From an uncultured Lentisphaeraceae bacterium (GTDB taxonomy: Bacteria > Verrucomicrobiota > Kiritimatiellia > RFP12 > UBA1067), in contig CAYOQJ010000079.1 of assembly GCA_964406095.1 (NCBI GenBank), positions 5,944-69,943 of the forward strand: DNA of 64,000 bases, written 5' to 3'. The position numbers and the translations under genes were made by a program. Positions 49,877 to 59,861 of the stretch are shown one piece after another (position 1 is the first letter of the stretch; each line of letters opens with the position of its first letter). The notes under the pieces are model-generated. The model did no database searches, had not been told where the DNA came from, and saw only the letters and a list, made by a program, of their open reading frames with translations.

Positions 49877-51069
49877 AGTTTCTGAGAAATATGCTGGATA
49901 AGATCGAGCCTAATTTTCGTGAAGGGGGCAAACTCGAGTTCTTCTATCCTTTCTATGAGGCGATGGACACCTTTTTTTACAATGTCGGTGATACCAACAC
50001 CGGACGGGTGCATGTGCGTGACAGTGTTGATCTGAAACGCAATATGATTCTGGTGATGATTGCCCTGATACCCTGTATCCTGTACGGATTGTATAACGTA
50101 GGCAATCAGGCCTTGCTGGCCGACGGCACGATGGAAGGTTGGCGCGGAGCATTGATTGAATCTCTCGGAATGAAGCTGGCAGATGGAATTACAGCCAGAT
50201 TTCTCTACGGCCTGACCTGGTTTCTACCCCTCTACCTCGTGATTTTCGCAGTCGGAATTTTCTGGGAAATTATGTTCTCGATGATTCGTAAGCATGAAAT
50301 TTATGAGGGATTCTTCGTTACATCGCTGCTTTTGCCATTGATTGTGCCACCATCCATCCCACTTTGGCAGGTGGCCCTGGCGATAAGCTTCGCGGTTATT
50401 CTAGGCAAAGAGGTCTTCGGCGGCACCGGAATGAATTTCATGAATCCGGCTCTGATAGCCAGGGCCTTTCTGTTCTTCGCCTATCCGGCACAGATTTCCG
50501 GTGATAAAGTTTGGACGGTTGCCAGTGTGGATGGGATATCAAGGGCGACACCATTGAGCAAATTCGCCTCTTCCAGTGCCGTAACGGATATTTCTATGCT
50601 GGATGCTTTTGTAGGACGTATCCCCGGATGTATCGGCGAAACCTCAACCCTGTGCTGTCTTTTAGCGGGGGTGTTTCTGCTGCTGATCGGTGTGGCATCG
50701 TGGCGCATTATGGCAAGTTGCCTGATCAGTATGGTCGCTGCCGCACTTTTCTTCAATGGCCTCTACGCCGCCGGTGTTTGCACTCTGCCGATGTGCGCAC
50801 TCAATCCGGCCTGGCATTTTGTGCTGGGCGGGTTCGCTTTCGGTCTGGTGTTTATGGTTACCGATCCGGTTACCGGTGCGCAAACTACAGTCGGCAAGTG
50901 GTACTATGGTGCATTTGTCGGCGCAATGTGTGTTGTTATTCGTAACCTGAATGTTGCTTATCCGGAAGGTATGATGTTGGCAATTCTGATGGGCAATATC
51001 GTTGCTCCGTTGATCGACTATTTCGTGACCGAGGCAAACGTCAAGAGAAGGAGTGCACGTTATGTCTGA
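49873..51069 (+). CDS. nqrB: Na+-NQR subunit B
   Basis: N-terminus MKFLRNMLDKIEPNF...FYPFYEAMDTFFY. Polytopic. Candidate flavinylation site DGISRATP. Confidence 0.95.
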   Translation: MKFLRNMLDKIEPNFREGGKLEFFYPFYEAMDTFFYNVGDTNTGRVHVRDSVDLKRNMILVMIALIPCILYGLYNVGNQALLADGTMEGWRGALIESLGMKLADGITARFLYGLTWFLPLYLVIFAVGIFWEIMFSMIRKHEIYEGFFVTSLLLPLIVPPSIPLWQVALAISFAVILGKEVFGGTGMNFMNPALIARAFLFFAYPAQISGDKVWTVASVDGISRATPLSKFASSSAVTDISMLDAFVGRIPGCIGETSTLCCLLAGVFLLLIGVASWRIMASCLISMVAAALFFNGLYAAGVCTLPMCALNPAWHFVLGGFAFGLVFMVTDPVTGAQTTVGKWYYGAFVGAMCVVIRNLNVAYPEGMMLAILMGNIVAPLIDYFVTEANVKRRSARYV

Positions 51070-51730
51070 TAATCAATCAAATCGCAAGGTTTTTAGCGTT
51101 TCACTGATTCTTTGCGCGGTCTGTTCGGTGATGGTTTCAGTTGCCGCTGTGCTGCTTAGACCGCTACAGGAAGCTAACCGGAAGCTGGACTTCAAAAGAA
51201 ATCTGCTGGTTGCGGCAGGGCTGGTTGATTCTGATGTCGACAAACGGAGTGTGTTGGATGAGTTTGCAAAGATCGAACAATTGGCCGCGTCAACCTCCAG
51301 AGGTGAAAAAACCGTCTATGTTGCCAGAGAAGAGGGGCGAATAACTCATTACATCTTTCCCGTTACGGGAAAGGGGCTCTGGTCAACCATGCGTGGTTTT
51401 CTGGTACTTTCAGCCGATTTTAAAACTGTCATGGGCATGGGCTTTTATGAACACGGCGAGACTCCCGGGCTGGGTGGAGAAATCACCAATCCCGCTTGGC
51501 TAGCTCAGTTTAAAGGCAAACAGGCCTACGATGAATCGCTCAATGTACGACTTGAAGTAATCAAAGGTTCGGTTGAGCCGGATTCCGACACTGCTGCCTA
51601 CCAGGTGGATGGACTCTCCGGGGCAACTTTGACCACTCGCGGAGTCGACGATATGATCGAATTCTGGCTTTCGGAGGAAGGGTACCTTCCGTTTGTCCGT
51701 GAGCACGTAAAGAAAGGGGCCGGGCTGTGA
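51053..51730 (+). CDS. nqrC: Na+-NQR subunit C
   Basis: N-terminal TM helix. Canonical FMN attachment motif [14 protein letters not shown]. Confidence 0.95.
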   Translation: MHVMSDNQSNRKVFSVSLILCAVCSVMVSVAAVLLRPLQEANRKLDFKRNLLVAAGLVDSDVDKRSVLDEFAKIEQLAASTSRGEKTVYVAREEGRITHYIFPVTGKGLWSTMRGFLVLSADFKTVMGMGFYEHGETPGLGGEITNPAWLAQFKGKQAYDESLNVRLEVIKGSVEPDSDTAAYQVDGLSGATLTTRGVDDMIEFWLSEEGYLPFVREHVKKGAGL

Positions 51731-52347
51731 GCACATTGAAAAACACACTGCTGGATCCGATATTCAAAAACAACCCGATCGGATTGCAGGTATTGGGTAT
51801 CTGTTCGGCACTGGCTGTGACCAATAAGTTGGAAACATCACTCGCAATGGGTGTTGCTGTGACCCTGGTAACAGCATTAGCCTCTCTGGCAGTTAGTCTG
51901 ATTCGCCAGCACATACCGGCCAGCATCCGGATCATTGTGCAGATGACGATCATCGCCTCGCTGGTAATTCTGGCCGATCAGATATTGAAAGCCTTTTTCT
52001 TTGAAATTTCCAAGAGCATGTCGGTTTATGTCGGACTGATCATTACCAACTGCATCATTATGGGGCGTGCCGAAGGTTACGCACTCTCACATACGCCGCT
52101 GAGAAGCTTTATCGATGGAATAGGCAATGGACTGGGCTATAGCGTGGTTCTGATTTGCGTGGGGGTGTTCCGTGAACTGCTCGGTTCCGGCACCCTGCTG
52201 GGATATGCGGTTCTGCCCTTGACTAAAAATGGGGGCTGGTATCAACCCAACGGCCTGATGGTTCTGGCACCGAGTGCGTTTTTTCTGATTGCCATATTCA
52301 TCTGGATCGTTAGAAGCTTGGATAAAAGTCAGCAGGAGGAGGATTAA
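51727..52347 (+). CDS. nqrD: Na+-NQR subunit D
   Basis: 6-TM profile. Position and size as for NqrD. Confidence 0.9.
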   Translation: MSTLKNTLLDPIFKNNPIGLQVLGICSALAVTNKLETSLAMGVAVTLVTALASLAVSLIRQHIPASIRIIVQMTIIASLVILADQILKAFFFEISKSMSVYVGLIITNCIIMGRAEGYALSHTPLRSFIDGIGNGLGYSVVLICVGVFRELLGSGTLLGYAVLPLTKNGGWYQPNGLMVLAPSAFFLIAIFIWIVRSLDKSQQEED

Positions 52348-52350
52348 GAG

Positions 52351-52959
52351 ATGCACAGTTTGTTTGATATTTTCTTCACCTCGATTTTCACTCAAAATAT
52401 GGCGTTGGCCTTTTTTCTGGGCATGTGTACCTTTCTGGCGGTCTCAAAAAGAGTTAAAACCGCAATTGGGCTGGGCGTGGCGGTGATTGTTGTACAACTG
52501 ATTACCGTGCCGGTCAACAACCTGATCTACACTTACATCCTGCGCGACGGCGCTTTACGCTGGATTTCGGATGATCTCAAATCAATTGATCTGGGTTTTA
52601 TCGGTCTTATCACATATATCGGCGTTATTGCCGCCATGGTACAAATTTTGGAGATGACGCTGGATCGCTACTTTCCCGCACTTTACAACGCACTCGGTAT
52701 TTTTCTGCCGCTGATCACCGTTAATTGCGCGATTCTTGGCGGCACTCTCTTTATGGTTGAGCGCAACTATAATTTCACCCAGAGCGTGGCTTATGGAGCA
52801 GGCTCAGGTATCGGCTGGGCATTGGCGATTGTTCTGCTGGCCGGTGTGCGTGAAAAGCTTAAATACTCCCATCCGCCAGTCGGTTTACGCGGTCTAGGGC
52901 TGACTTTTATAGTCGTGGGACTGATGGCAATCGGTTTTCTGGCGTTTTCCGGTATCTGA
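52351..52959 (+). CDS. nqrE: Na+-NQR subunit E
   Basis: 6-TM profile. Position and size as for NqrE. Confidence 0.9.
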   Translation: MHSLFDIFFTSIFTQNMALAFFLGMCTFLAVSKRVKTAIGLGVAVIVVQLITVPVNNLIYTYILRDGALRWISDDLKSIDLGFIGLITYIGVIAAMVQILEMTLDRYFPALYNALGIFLPLITVNCAILGGTLFMVERNYNFTQSVAYGAGSGIGWALAIVLLAGVREKLKYSHPPVGLRGLGLTFIVVGLMAIGFLAFSGI

Positions 52960-53026
52960 TTGCGCAGCGGGTTTCTTGGTTTTACAGGTGGCGGCTTTTG
53001 TTCCGCTAAGTGCTAGGGACTGAATA

Positions 53027-54244
53027 ATGAATGAAATTATCTTTGGTGTGATTTTTTTCACCTCGATCGTGCTGCTGCTAGTCTGCATTATACTGCTGGC
53101 GCGTTGGAAGCTCGTGCCGGCTGGCAAAGTTAAGATCAAGATCAACAACGAGAAGGAGTTTGAAGTTCCAATCGGCGGCAAATTGCTGGGCGCCTTGGCT
53201 AGTCAGGAGATTTTTGTTCCCTCGGCCTGTGGTGGCGGCGGAACCTGCGGACAGTGTAAGGTCAGGGTGATCTCCGGCGGCGGATCGCTGCTGCCGACCG
53301 AAGAGGGGTGCATCAATCGACGCGAGATGAAGAACGGCATCCGGCTGAGTTGCCAGGTGGCGGTCAAGCAGGATATGAAGATCGAGGTTCCCGAGGAGGT
53401 CTTTGGTGTCAGAAAATGGGAGTGCGAGGTTGTTTCAAACCGCAATGTGGCAACCTTTATCAAGGAGTTTGTCGTCCGGTTGCCCGAGGGTGAAGAGGTG
53501 CCCTTCTGCGCCGGAGGATATATCCAGATTGAATGTCCTCCGCATAAGTTGAAATATGCCGATTTTAATATCGATGATGAATATCGCGCCGATTGGGATA
53601 AATACAACATGTGGCAGTATGTCTCGCATGTTCATGAAACCGTCACTCGCGCTTACTCGATGGCCAACTACCCGGAGGAGCAAGGGGTTATCAAACTGAA
53701 TGTCAGGATCGCTTCGCCACCGCCCGGCACCAGACACCCGCCCGGCGTAATGTCATCCTATATTTTCAGTTTGCAACCCGGCGATAAAGTTACAATCTCC
53801 GGGCCCTACGGCGAGTTCTTTGCCCGTGAAACCGGGAAAGAGATGGTTTTCATAGGTGGCGGAGCGGGCATGGCTCCAATGCGTTCACATATTTTCGATC
53901 AGCTCAAACGCCTGCAAAGCAAACGTAAAATCAGCTTTTGGTACGGAGCACGTTCTAAAAAAGAGATGTTCTATACCGAGGAGTTTGAACAGCTGGCGGC
54001 GGAGAACGAAAACTTTACCTTCAATGTGGCACTCTCCGAACCATTGCCCGAGGACGATTGGAATGGCTATACCGGTTTTATTCATGATGTACTGCGGGAT
54101 AAATATCTGGCAGAACATGAGGCACCGGAGGATGTTGAATACTACCTTTGCGGTCCGCCGATCATGAATGAATGCGTGATCAATATGTTGCTTGAACTAG
54201 GAGTTGACCGTGACGATATCATGCTTGATGACTTCGGCGGGTGA
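53027..54244 (+). CDS. nqrF: Na+-NQR subunit F (2Fe-2S ferredoxin + FAD/NADH-binding reductase)
   Basis: N-terminal TM helix. 2Fe-2S motif [17 protein letters not shown]-like FAD/NAD domain ([22 protein letters not shown]). Confidence 0.95.
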   Translation: MNEIIFGVIFFTSIVLLLVCIILLARWKLVPAGKVKIKINNEKEFEVPIGGKLLGALASQEIFVPSACGGGGTCGQCKVRVISGGGSLLPTEEGCINRREMKNGIRLSCQVAVKQDMKIEVPEEVFGVRKWECEVVSNRNVATFIKEFVVRLPEGEEVPFCAGGYIQIECPPHKLKYADFNIDDEYRADWDKYNMWQYVSHVHETVTRAYSMANYPEEQGVIKLNVRIASPPPGTRHPPGVMSSYIFSLQPGDKVTISGPYGEFFARETGKEMVFIGGGAGMAPMRSHIFDQLKRLQSKRKISFWYGARSKKEMFYTEEFEQLAAENENFTFNVALSEPLPEDDWNGYTGFIHDVLRDKYLAEHEAPEDVEYYLCGPPIMNECVINMLLELGVDRDDIMLDDFGG

Positions 54245-54479
54245 TCAATGCCACAACAACAACCTCCTATGGGTCTTTAGGTTTGTTCGGCGGTTGGGCC
54301 CTTCACCGAAGGGCAAAACAAATATGTTGCTGTGTGCCTGTTCGTTTTTTGCATGGGGCAGAGGGCATAGGGCAAGGGGAAGAAATTTTGCTGTGCTTAA
54401 GTACAGCTCTTCTCTATACTCTATGCAGTTTATGCAAAGTACAAATCTAGCCTCTAACTCATGATGAAAGTGTACCAAT

Positions 54480-54635
54480 ATGCTCGGTGTCGTAATTTTT
54501 ATAGTTTTTTTGGCATTCACCTTTTTCATGGCAATCGTCTTTCGTGCGAAAGAGCTGAAGGCGCGTAAGGGCAAAGAGACACGCACTGCAAGCTACTGCT
54601 GCGGCAAGTGCGGTAGCTGCGATAAGGATTCCTGA
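54480..54635 (+). CDS. Small (51 aa) Cys-rich single-TM membrane protein (FeoB-associated Cys-rich membrane protein family-like; candidate NqrM-type maturation factor)
   Basis: Not in the ORF track (under 60 aa). Sequence MLGVVIFIVFLAFTFFMAIVFRAKELKARKGKETRTASYCCGKCGSCDKDS: a TM helix, a basic linker, then a CCGKCGSC cluster. It lies directly downstream of nqrF with no intervening terminator. Confidence 0.5.
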   Translation: MLGVVIFIVFLAFTFFMAIVFRAKELKARKGKETRTASYCCGKCGSCDKDS

Positions 54636-55495
54636 TCCGTTTGTTCAAAAACTCCGTCCCCGGCCTGGTCCGTTAGCACCTTTAGCATTTGCCAAGCATC
54701 AAGATAACTAAGCAGATATCGGTTTTCAGAGCTCTCCGCCATTTTCTCCAGCAGATTCCGAACCCTTCTCTGTTCCAGAAGATACTCTTCGGACGTGAAT
54801 CGTGCAGCGAAACGGGCCATACGCAGCCAGAGCAAATAGGTGGTTATGGCATCAAAACAGTTGTATTGCACAATCTGCTCTAGTTTGCCGCTATAGTAAA
54901 GAGAGCATACATCAATGCCGCTGGTTTCCAGTTTGCCCGGTATGCCCGAGAGCGTGGCCGCCTCGTTCAGCGAAACCGTGTAACCTTTGCCATAGCCGCT
55001 GATGATGTTCATTAGATCGACATCATTGCTCTCCCAGGGTTTGGCATTTAGACGACGATTGAAAGTGTCCAGTGCCATGCCTTTGAAAATCGCCCGCTGT
55101 GTCAGAATCCGCAGATCGGCGTTGCGCGAGTTGTAACCGACCAGTTGCGGGTTATATCTCGAAACCCCTTCATCCAGAAAACGATTCAGAATGTAGCTTT
55201 CGTTATTCTGTGAGCACTCAGAGGGATTCTCAGGAATCCCCTGCAGAAAAAGCTGCACACTCCCGTCGCTGGATTTGCGTCGGATCATGGTTGCAATAGA
55301 AACAACCCGGCAAAGCGCAGTTTTGAGAAAGGGCATGGGATCATCCGCTGTGGCACCGCCCTCACGCCACATGACCTTCAGCACCTCGCTATCGCTCATT
55401 TTATCAGGCAGTTTGTACAGAACTCTGCCAGCAAGCAGATCAGGCACCCACTCGCAGTCAAATGCCCAGACTTCATCAGGTACAGTGGTAATCAT
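54593..55495 (-). CDS. PolB-exonuclease-domain-like 3'-5' exonuclease (DEDDy)
   Basis: Exo I AFDCEWVPD, Exo II LVGYNSRNADLRIL, Exo III YNCFDAITTYLLW. Confidence 0.65.
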   Translation of the reverse strand: MITTVPDEVWAFDCEWVPDLLAGRVLYKLPDKMSDSEVLKVMWREGGATADDPMPFLKTALCRVVSIATMIRRKSSDGSVQLFLQGIPENPSECSQNNESYILNRFLDEGVSRYNPQLVGYNSRNADLRILTQRAIFKGMALDTFNRRLNAKPWESNDVDLMNIISGYGKGYTVSLNEAATLSGIPGKLETSGIDVCSLYYSGKLEQIVQYNCFDAITTYLLWLRMARFAARFTSEEYLLEQRRVRNLLEKMAESSENRYLLSYLDAWQMLKVLTDQAGDGVFEQTDQESLSQLPHLPQQ

Positions 55496-57012
55496 GGAAT
55501 ATTGCCCTCCTCATCAGGTGTGGCCGGAATTGAATCATTGTATCCTCTGAGAATTGGCTGGCGCAACTCTACTTTTCCGCTGAAATCCGCTACAATACGA
55601 AAACGTACATGAGTTGTGCCGCGGTTAACTCTGATTTTGCGCGATATGGCGGCGATATTCTGACCTTCATTGGTGCGGCCCCGTACCTCGATACTATCAA
55701 GCTTTTTATTGCTTAGCGTGTCCTCTGCATCAATACCGTACGATTGTACCTGGTAGGAGACGATGCCGTGATAATTGTCGAGCTTGCGTATCCTGCCCTG
55801 CATCCGCAGATGCCCCAAACCACACTCACCGATCCTGATTAGCGGTGATTCCAGTACAAAGCGCGCTCTTGAACGATGACTGATTATAATGGAATCAGAG
55901 GTCTTGCCAGATTCCAGCTGCTGCGTACGCCGGTCGTTCAGAGTGTAGCGCCATCCCCGCATCTCGTTATTCCGGTTGATAACAGAGGGCAGAGCATGAA
56001 GATAGTTGTCGGTCGCGAGACCGTCGCCGCGGGGTTGAATCATCGGCATACGCTCCTTCGGAAGAGTCAGCGCATAACCGGTCGAGCTATTGGAGTGCCG
56101 TACTTTGCAGATCAGATAGATTGAGGCGCAAAGCGATAGCACGGCGATTAAAAATATAAGCAGCCGGTATTTCTTGATCTGCGAACGCTGCGTGTGCTGC
56201 AATCTGCGGATTGTCTCGGTGAGGTGGTGCTCTTCATCAATCGGTTTGACAAAAGAAAGCTTTTCGCGTACGGCAGGCAGAGAGGACTCAGCAGTGTGTT
56301 CCCTTAGCCATGGAACTGCATCCATCCCGGCCAGCAACAGGGTGTTGTTGAAGGCGATGCGGTCAAATGGCAGATGATGAAAAACAATGCTGCGTTCTGA
56401 GTGATCAAATACGCAGTAGGTGGATTCCAGCCTGCCTGTCCGGGGATACCCGATGGTGCCGGGATTGATGATATAGCGTTTATGATCTTCCAGAATAAAG
56501 TCACGCGGTTCAAGAAAATGCGCCGTGCCACTCTGACCGATAACATAAATGGCCGCCAAATGGGTGTGCCCCACAAACATCAACTGCTCAAATGTGTTTT
56601 CAAAAGACGGCTGCGCATCTTCGCCGGTAATGATATATCGGAATGCGCCGGGTTTAGTGAAATCACCGTGAACACAGCGGAAAGCAGGAGATTCCAGCGT
56701 TAGCGGCAAAGACTTCAGCCAGATTAAAGCTTTGTTTGAAAGCATTCCGCGGTGTTTCAGCACCACCTTGCGTGCCTCCGGACAGAAAACCAGCGGATTG
56801 AGTTTGCCGCAGACAGCCGCGTCGTGGTTGCCCAGCAGATGATACTCCGTTACCTGATAAACCAACTCGAGGGTTTCAACCGGTTGCGGACCGTAACCAA
56901 CCGTATCGCCCAAACAGATTATTTTATCTATGTGCCGCTTGGCAATGTCGTTCAAAACCATCTGCAACGCGGTAAGATTGGCGTGGATATCAGAGATAAA
57001 TGCGTAACGCAT
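55492..57012 (-). CDS. Membrane-anchored metallophosphoesterase (calcineurin-like catalytic domain + TM helix + about 200-aa extracytoplasmic domain)
   Basis: MPP motifs ISDIHAN, LGDTVGYGP, GNHD and GHTHL. One TM helix LLIFLIAVLSLCASIYLI. 4-bp overlap (ATGA) with the downstream exonuclease gene. Confidence 0.7.
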   Translation of the reverse strand: MRYAFISDIHANLTALQMVLNDIAKRHIDKIICLGDTVGYGPQPVETLELVYQVTEYHLLGNHDAAVCGKLNPLVFCPEARKVVLKHRGMLSNKALIWLKSLPLTLESPAFRCVHGDFTKPGAFRYIITGEDAQPSFENTFEQLMFVGHTHLAAIYVIGQSGTAHFLEPRDFILEDHKRYIINPGTIGYPRTGRLESTYCVFDHSERSIVFHHLPFDRIAFNNTLLLAGMDAVPWLREHTAESSLPAVREKLSFVKPIDEEHHLTETIRRLQHTQRSQIKKYRLLIFLIAVLSLCASIYLICKVRHSNSSTGYALTLPKERMPMIQPRGDGLATDNYLHALPSVINRNNEMRGWRYTLNDRRTQQLESGKTSDSIIISHRSRARFVLESPLIRIGECGLGHLRMQGRIRKLDNYHGIVSYQVQSYGIDAEDTLSNKKLDSIEVRGRTNEGQNIAAISRKIRVNRGTTHVRFRIVADFSGKVELRQPILRGYNDSIPATPDEEGNIP

Positions 57013-57219
57013 GAGCTGCTTGTCTACAGCGGTAATGCCGCTGAAAGGTTAAGTCATTCAAGGAGCGGCGGAAAAAAGTAGTGCAAAATATAGCTTTGCG
57101 GCTTAAACCAGCGGCGCATCTCACCCTGCTATCCAGCATGTGAATATCTGCAACGCAGCGGATATCTACTCATGAACCGCTGGTTTGGAGGATAAAATTC
57201 CAAGTTGCGGCAGCCTGGC

Positions 57220-57390
57220 TCAGCCAGCTTCAATCGCATTGCTCGGACACTCACCGGCACAGGCACCGCAATCTACGCAGAGATCCGGATCGATTGAATA
57301 GTGAGGTGTACCCTCTTGAATTGCATCCACTGGACAGGCATCTTTGCACAATCCGCAAGCCACACAGGCATCTGTGATTTTATAGGCCAT
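57220..57390 (-). CDS. 2[4Fe-4S] ferredoxin (56 aa)
   Basis: Not in the ORF track. Sequence MAYKITDACVACGLCKDACPVDAIQEGTPHYSIDPDLCVDCGACAGECPSNAIEAG has two CxxCxxCxxxCP motifs. Strong RBS AAGGAGAcaata before the ATG. Confidence 0.85.
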   Translation of the reverse strand: MAYKITDACVACGLCKDACPVDAIQEGTPHYSIDPDLCVDCGACAGECPSNAIEAG

Positions 57391-57629
57391 TATTGTCTCC
57401 TTAGTTTTTCGTTGGTTAAATGATGTTACATCGTTGCTCTTATACAGCTTCGCTTAATGACCAACAGTATATAAAAATAGAGTGAAGCAACAAAGTACAA
57501 AATCGATTTCGTGAAAATCCCTGTATTTCAGCTTGAAAAATAATGGCGTAACTGCTAATTTTAACGCATTCGTTTAAACTTAATGTCGTTTGGTAGTACA
57601 ATCATAGAAAATGAACGGAGGAAAAAATA

Positions 57630-58208
57630 ATGGCAGCGTTGAAGGGCTCACAGACGGAAAAGAATATTTTAACGGCTTTTGCAGGTGAGGCTGCGGCACG
57701 TAACAGATATACGTATTGGGCATCCAAAGCTAAAAAAGATGGCTACGTTCAGATTGCTGACATCTTTGCGGAGACCGCTGATCAGGAGAAGGAACATGCC
57801 AAACGCCTGTTCAAATTTCTCGAAGGCGGCGATGTGGAAGTGAATATCGCTCTGCCTGCCGGTGTGATCGGAGAGACTCTTGATAATCTGAAACATGCCG
57901 CCGAAGGCGAAGAGCATGAGTGGCAGCATATGTACCCCGAATTTGCCGAGATCGCCCGCCAGGAGGGTTTTGATGCCGTGGCAACCGCTATGGATAGCAT
58001 TGCCGTGGCAGAGAAGTTTCACGGTGAACGTTATCGCCAACTGGCGGCTAATATTGAAAAAGGTGTCGTATTCAAGCGCGATTCCGAGCAAACCGTCTGG
58101 CGTTGCCGCAATTGCGGCTATCTGCATGTTGGCAGGGAAGCGCCCCAGAGCTGCTCCGCCTGCATTCATCCGCAGGCACACTTTGAGCTCAAACCGTCCA
58201 ATTGGTAA
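57630..58208 (+). CDS. rbr: Rubrerythrin
   Basis: Ferritin-like diiron domain (ExxH motifs) + C-terminal rubredoxin-like CRNCGY...CSAC. RBS GGAGGaaaaaataATG. Confidence 0.9.
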   Translation: MAALKGSQTEKNILTAFAGEAAARNRYTYWASKAKKDGYVQIADIFAETADQEKEHAKRLFKFLEGGDVEVNIALPAGVIGETLDNLKHAAEGEEHEWQHMYPEFAEIARQEGFDAVATAMDSIAVAEKFHGERYRQLAANIEKGVVFKRDSEQTVWRCRNCGYLHVGREAPQSCSACIHPQAHFELKPSNW

Positions 58209-58256
58209 AAGCGCGATTGAGAGTGTAGCACTGCGTCATAGGGTGAAAATGAAAAA

Positions 58257-58290
58257 AGAGCATCGTGTTAGAACGATGCTCTTTTTGTCC
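58257..58290 (+). terminator. Rho-independent terminator after rubrerythrin
   Basis: AGAGCATCG/CGATGCTCT 9-bp stem with an 8-nt loop, followed by TTTT. Confidence 0.7.
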
Positions 58291-58581
58291 GTGCAAAGTA
58301 GCCTGCTCAACGCAGACCCGCCTAGCCACATCAGCGTAAAAACAGTTTAACCCGCGGTCGCAAGCCCTGATTCCCTGGCCCTGGCGTGCGCTATGACCAT
58401 TATGTGTGATGCGGACGGCAATTCATTTAAACATAGCTTCATAGTGCGGCAGTGGCGCGAAGATTCCACCGCTCTTATCATAAAAATCTTTGCCAAGGTT
58501 AAAAATTCCTTTGTGTGTCTGAGCCCATTCGGCATTTGGATAAGGGTGATAACTGCGCATGGCCTGCCAGTTTTTGTAATT

Positions 58582-59805
58582 CTAATGGCCATTGGTTTCG
58601 AGCAACCCTAAGCCTGCTAATCCGGGGAATGCGTCAAGGCGCGCAGCTACGCTCTTATTCCATTCAATCAGAATGGGATTGACGGTTAAGTCAGCACAGA
58701 AACAGGGTACATTGTGCTGTTTGGCGGTATTGGCAATGCGCAAGGTCATGCTGAGAGTTTTTGCAATTGCCTTCAAGGCGATTGCACGGTAACCCATCTG
58801 AATGCGTTCGATTGCATCCTGATCGGTGTGGGCACTCTCGTCAGCCGCCAGTCGCACCGGTATGTCGTGAACATCAATCTTTAACTCTTCATCAAATGGT
58901 TCTTCAATAACTGATATCTGATCAAAAGCCCCGATTTTGCGGGTGTGATCCAGCAGACGCAGCAAGGTCTCTTTCGTTTCGTAACGGCCATTGGCATCGA
59001 AATAGTAAGGGAGCTTGCCACTCTCGGTGTATGGGGTGCGATAACCATCCAGCGCTTTATGAATAGCCGAGAGGCGCTCCATATCTTTTTTAAGCATCTC
59101 CTCCTGTGTGCCACTTTGACCGATCTTGATTTTCATGAAGAAATAACCGTCATTTGCCGCGCCCTTGATTTCTTCAATGGGAACGTTATAAGCCATCAAC
59201 GGAATCGAGGCGACCCTGGGATGGCGGCTTGATAAAGCTGACTTATAACGCTCGGGAATCAGATCATCGAAGTTGGTTATACCGTGTTCTTTGGCATAGA
59301 GCAGCCAGATGGCATTGTCCACACCGACCAGGGCATTGAGTGCGAAGGTTTGACGCAAGTGCGGCATCTTGCAGATGGCTCTGCCGTATTTATAGACCTC
59401 CTGAAACAACTCTTCATTTAAAGCGACCGGATCGTTGAAGGAGTGTCCTTTGAGCAGATTGAGCGCATGGTTGGTCATGGCCAGCATCAGTGCGTTGCCG
59501 CCGACATCAGAGTTTGCCACAAATACCTTGGCGTCGCTCCATAACACACTGTGTGTGCACAGTCCGATGCCGCGTTTGCCGCTGGTGGACTGTACCATTG
59601 CGGCACTTTGCCAGATGCTGTTAAGAGCACCGCCTTTGAAGCCGAAGGGACGGATCAGCGGCTCACGCTCAAAATCACAGCCGGTGCGTTCAATCCGAAT
59701 CGCTTTTTTTGCAGTCAAACCTCTTTTTGACTCCACTGTTCTACAACCCGCCACAACACCCGCCGCAGCCAGTGAGGTACTCTTTAAAAAATCTCTTCTT
59801 TTCAT
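58582..59805 (-). CDS. Enolase-superfamily (mandelate racemase/muconate lactonizing enzyme-like) protein with twin-arginine signal
   Basis: TAT signal MKRRDFLKSTSLAAAGVVAG. Metal-ligand pattern YFDANGRY / IEEPFD / ADESAHT. Confidence 0.6.
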   Translation of the reverse strand: MKRRDFLKSTSLAAAGVVAGCRTVESKRGLTAKKAIRIERTGCDFEREPLIRPFGFKGGALNSIWQSAAMVQSTSGKRGIGLCTHSVLWSDAKVFVANSDVGGNALMLAMTNHALNLLKGHSFNDPVALNEELFQEVYKYGRAICKMPHLRQTFALNALVGVDNAIWLLYAKEHGITNFDDLIPERYKSALSSRHPRVASIPLMAYNVPIEEIKGAANDGYFFMKIKIGQSGTQEEMLKKDMERLSAIHKALDGYRTPYTESGKLPYYFDANGRYETKETLLRLLDHTRKIGAFDQISVIEEPFDEELKIDVHDIPVRLAADESAHTDQDAIERIQMGYRAIALKAIAKTLSMTLRIANTAKQHNVPCFCADLTVNPILIEWNKSVAARLDAFPGLAGLGLLETNGH

Positions 59806-59861
59806 TATATACTCCCGCCTGATTACGAATGCCAGATTCTTGAATTACTCTGCTTTGCAGA

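Noticed and set aside
54245-54586. 113-aa minus-strand ORF and 86-aa plus-strand ORF in the nqrF-downstream spacer
   Set aside because: Both are low-complexity with no motifs. The 51-aa Cys-rich plus-strand ORF in another frame explains the region better.
57104-57186. 10-bp inverted repeat AAACCAGCGG...CCGCTGGTTT
   Set aside because: The 63-nt loop is too long and there is no T-tract, so it is not a credible terminator or operator.
58347-58592. 81-aa ORF downstream of the enolase-family gene
   Set aside because: No motifs that I can recognise, and an 11-bp overlap with the upstream gene. It could be real but is unsupported.
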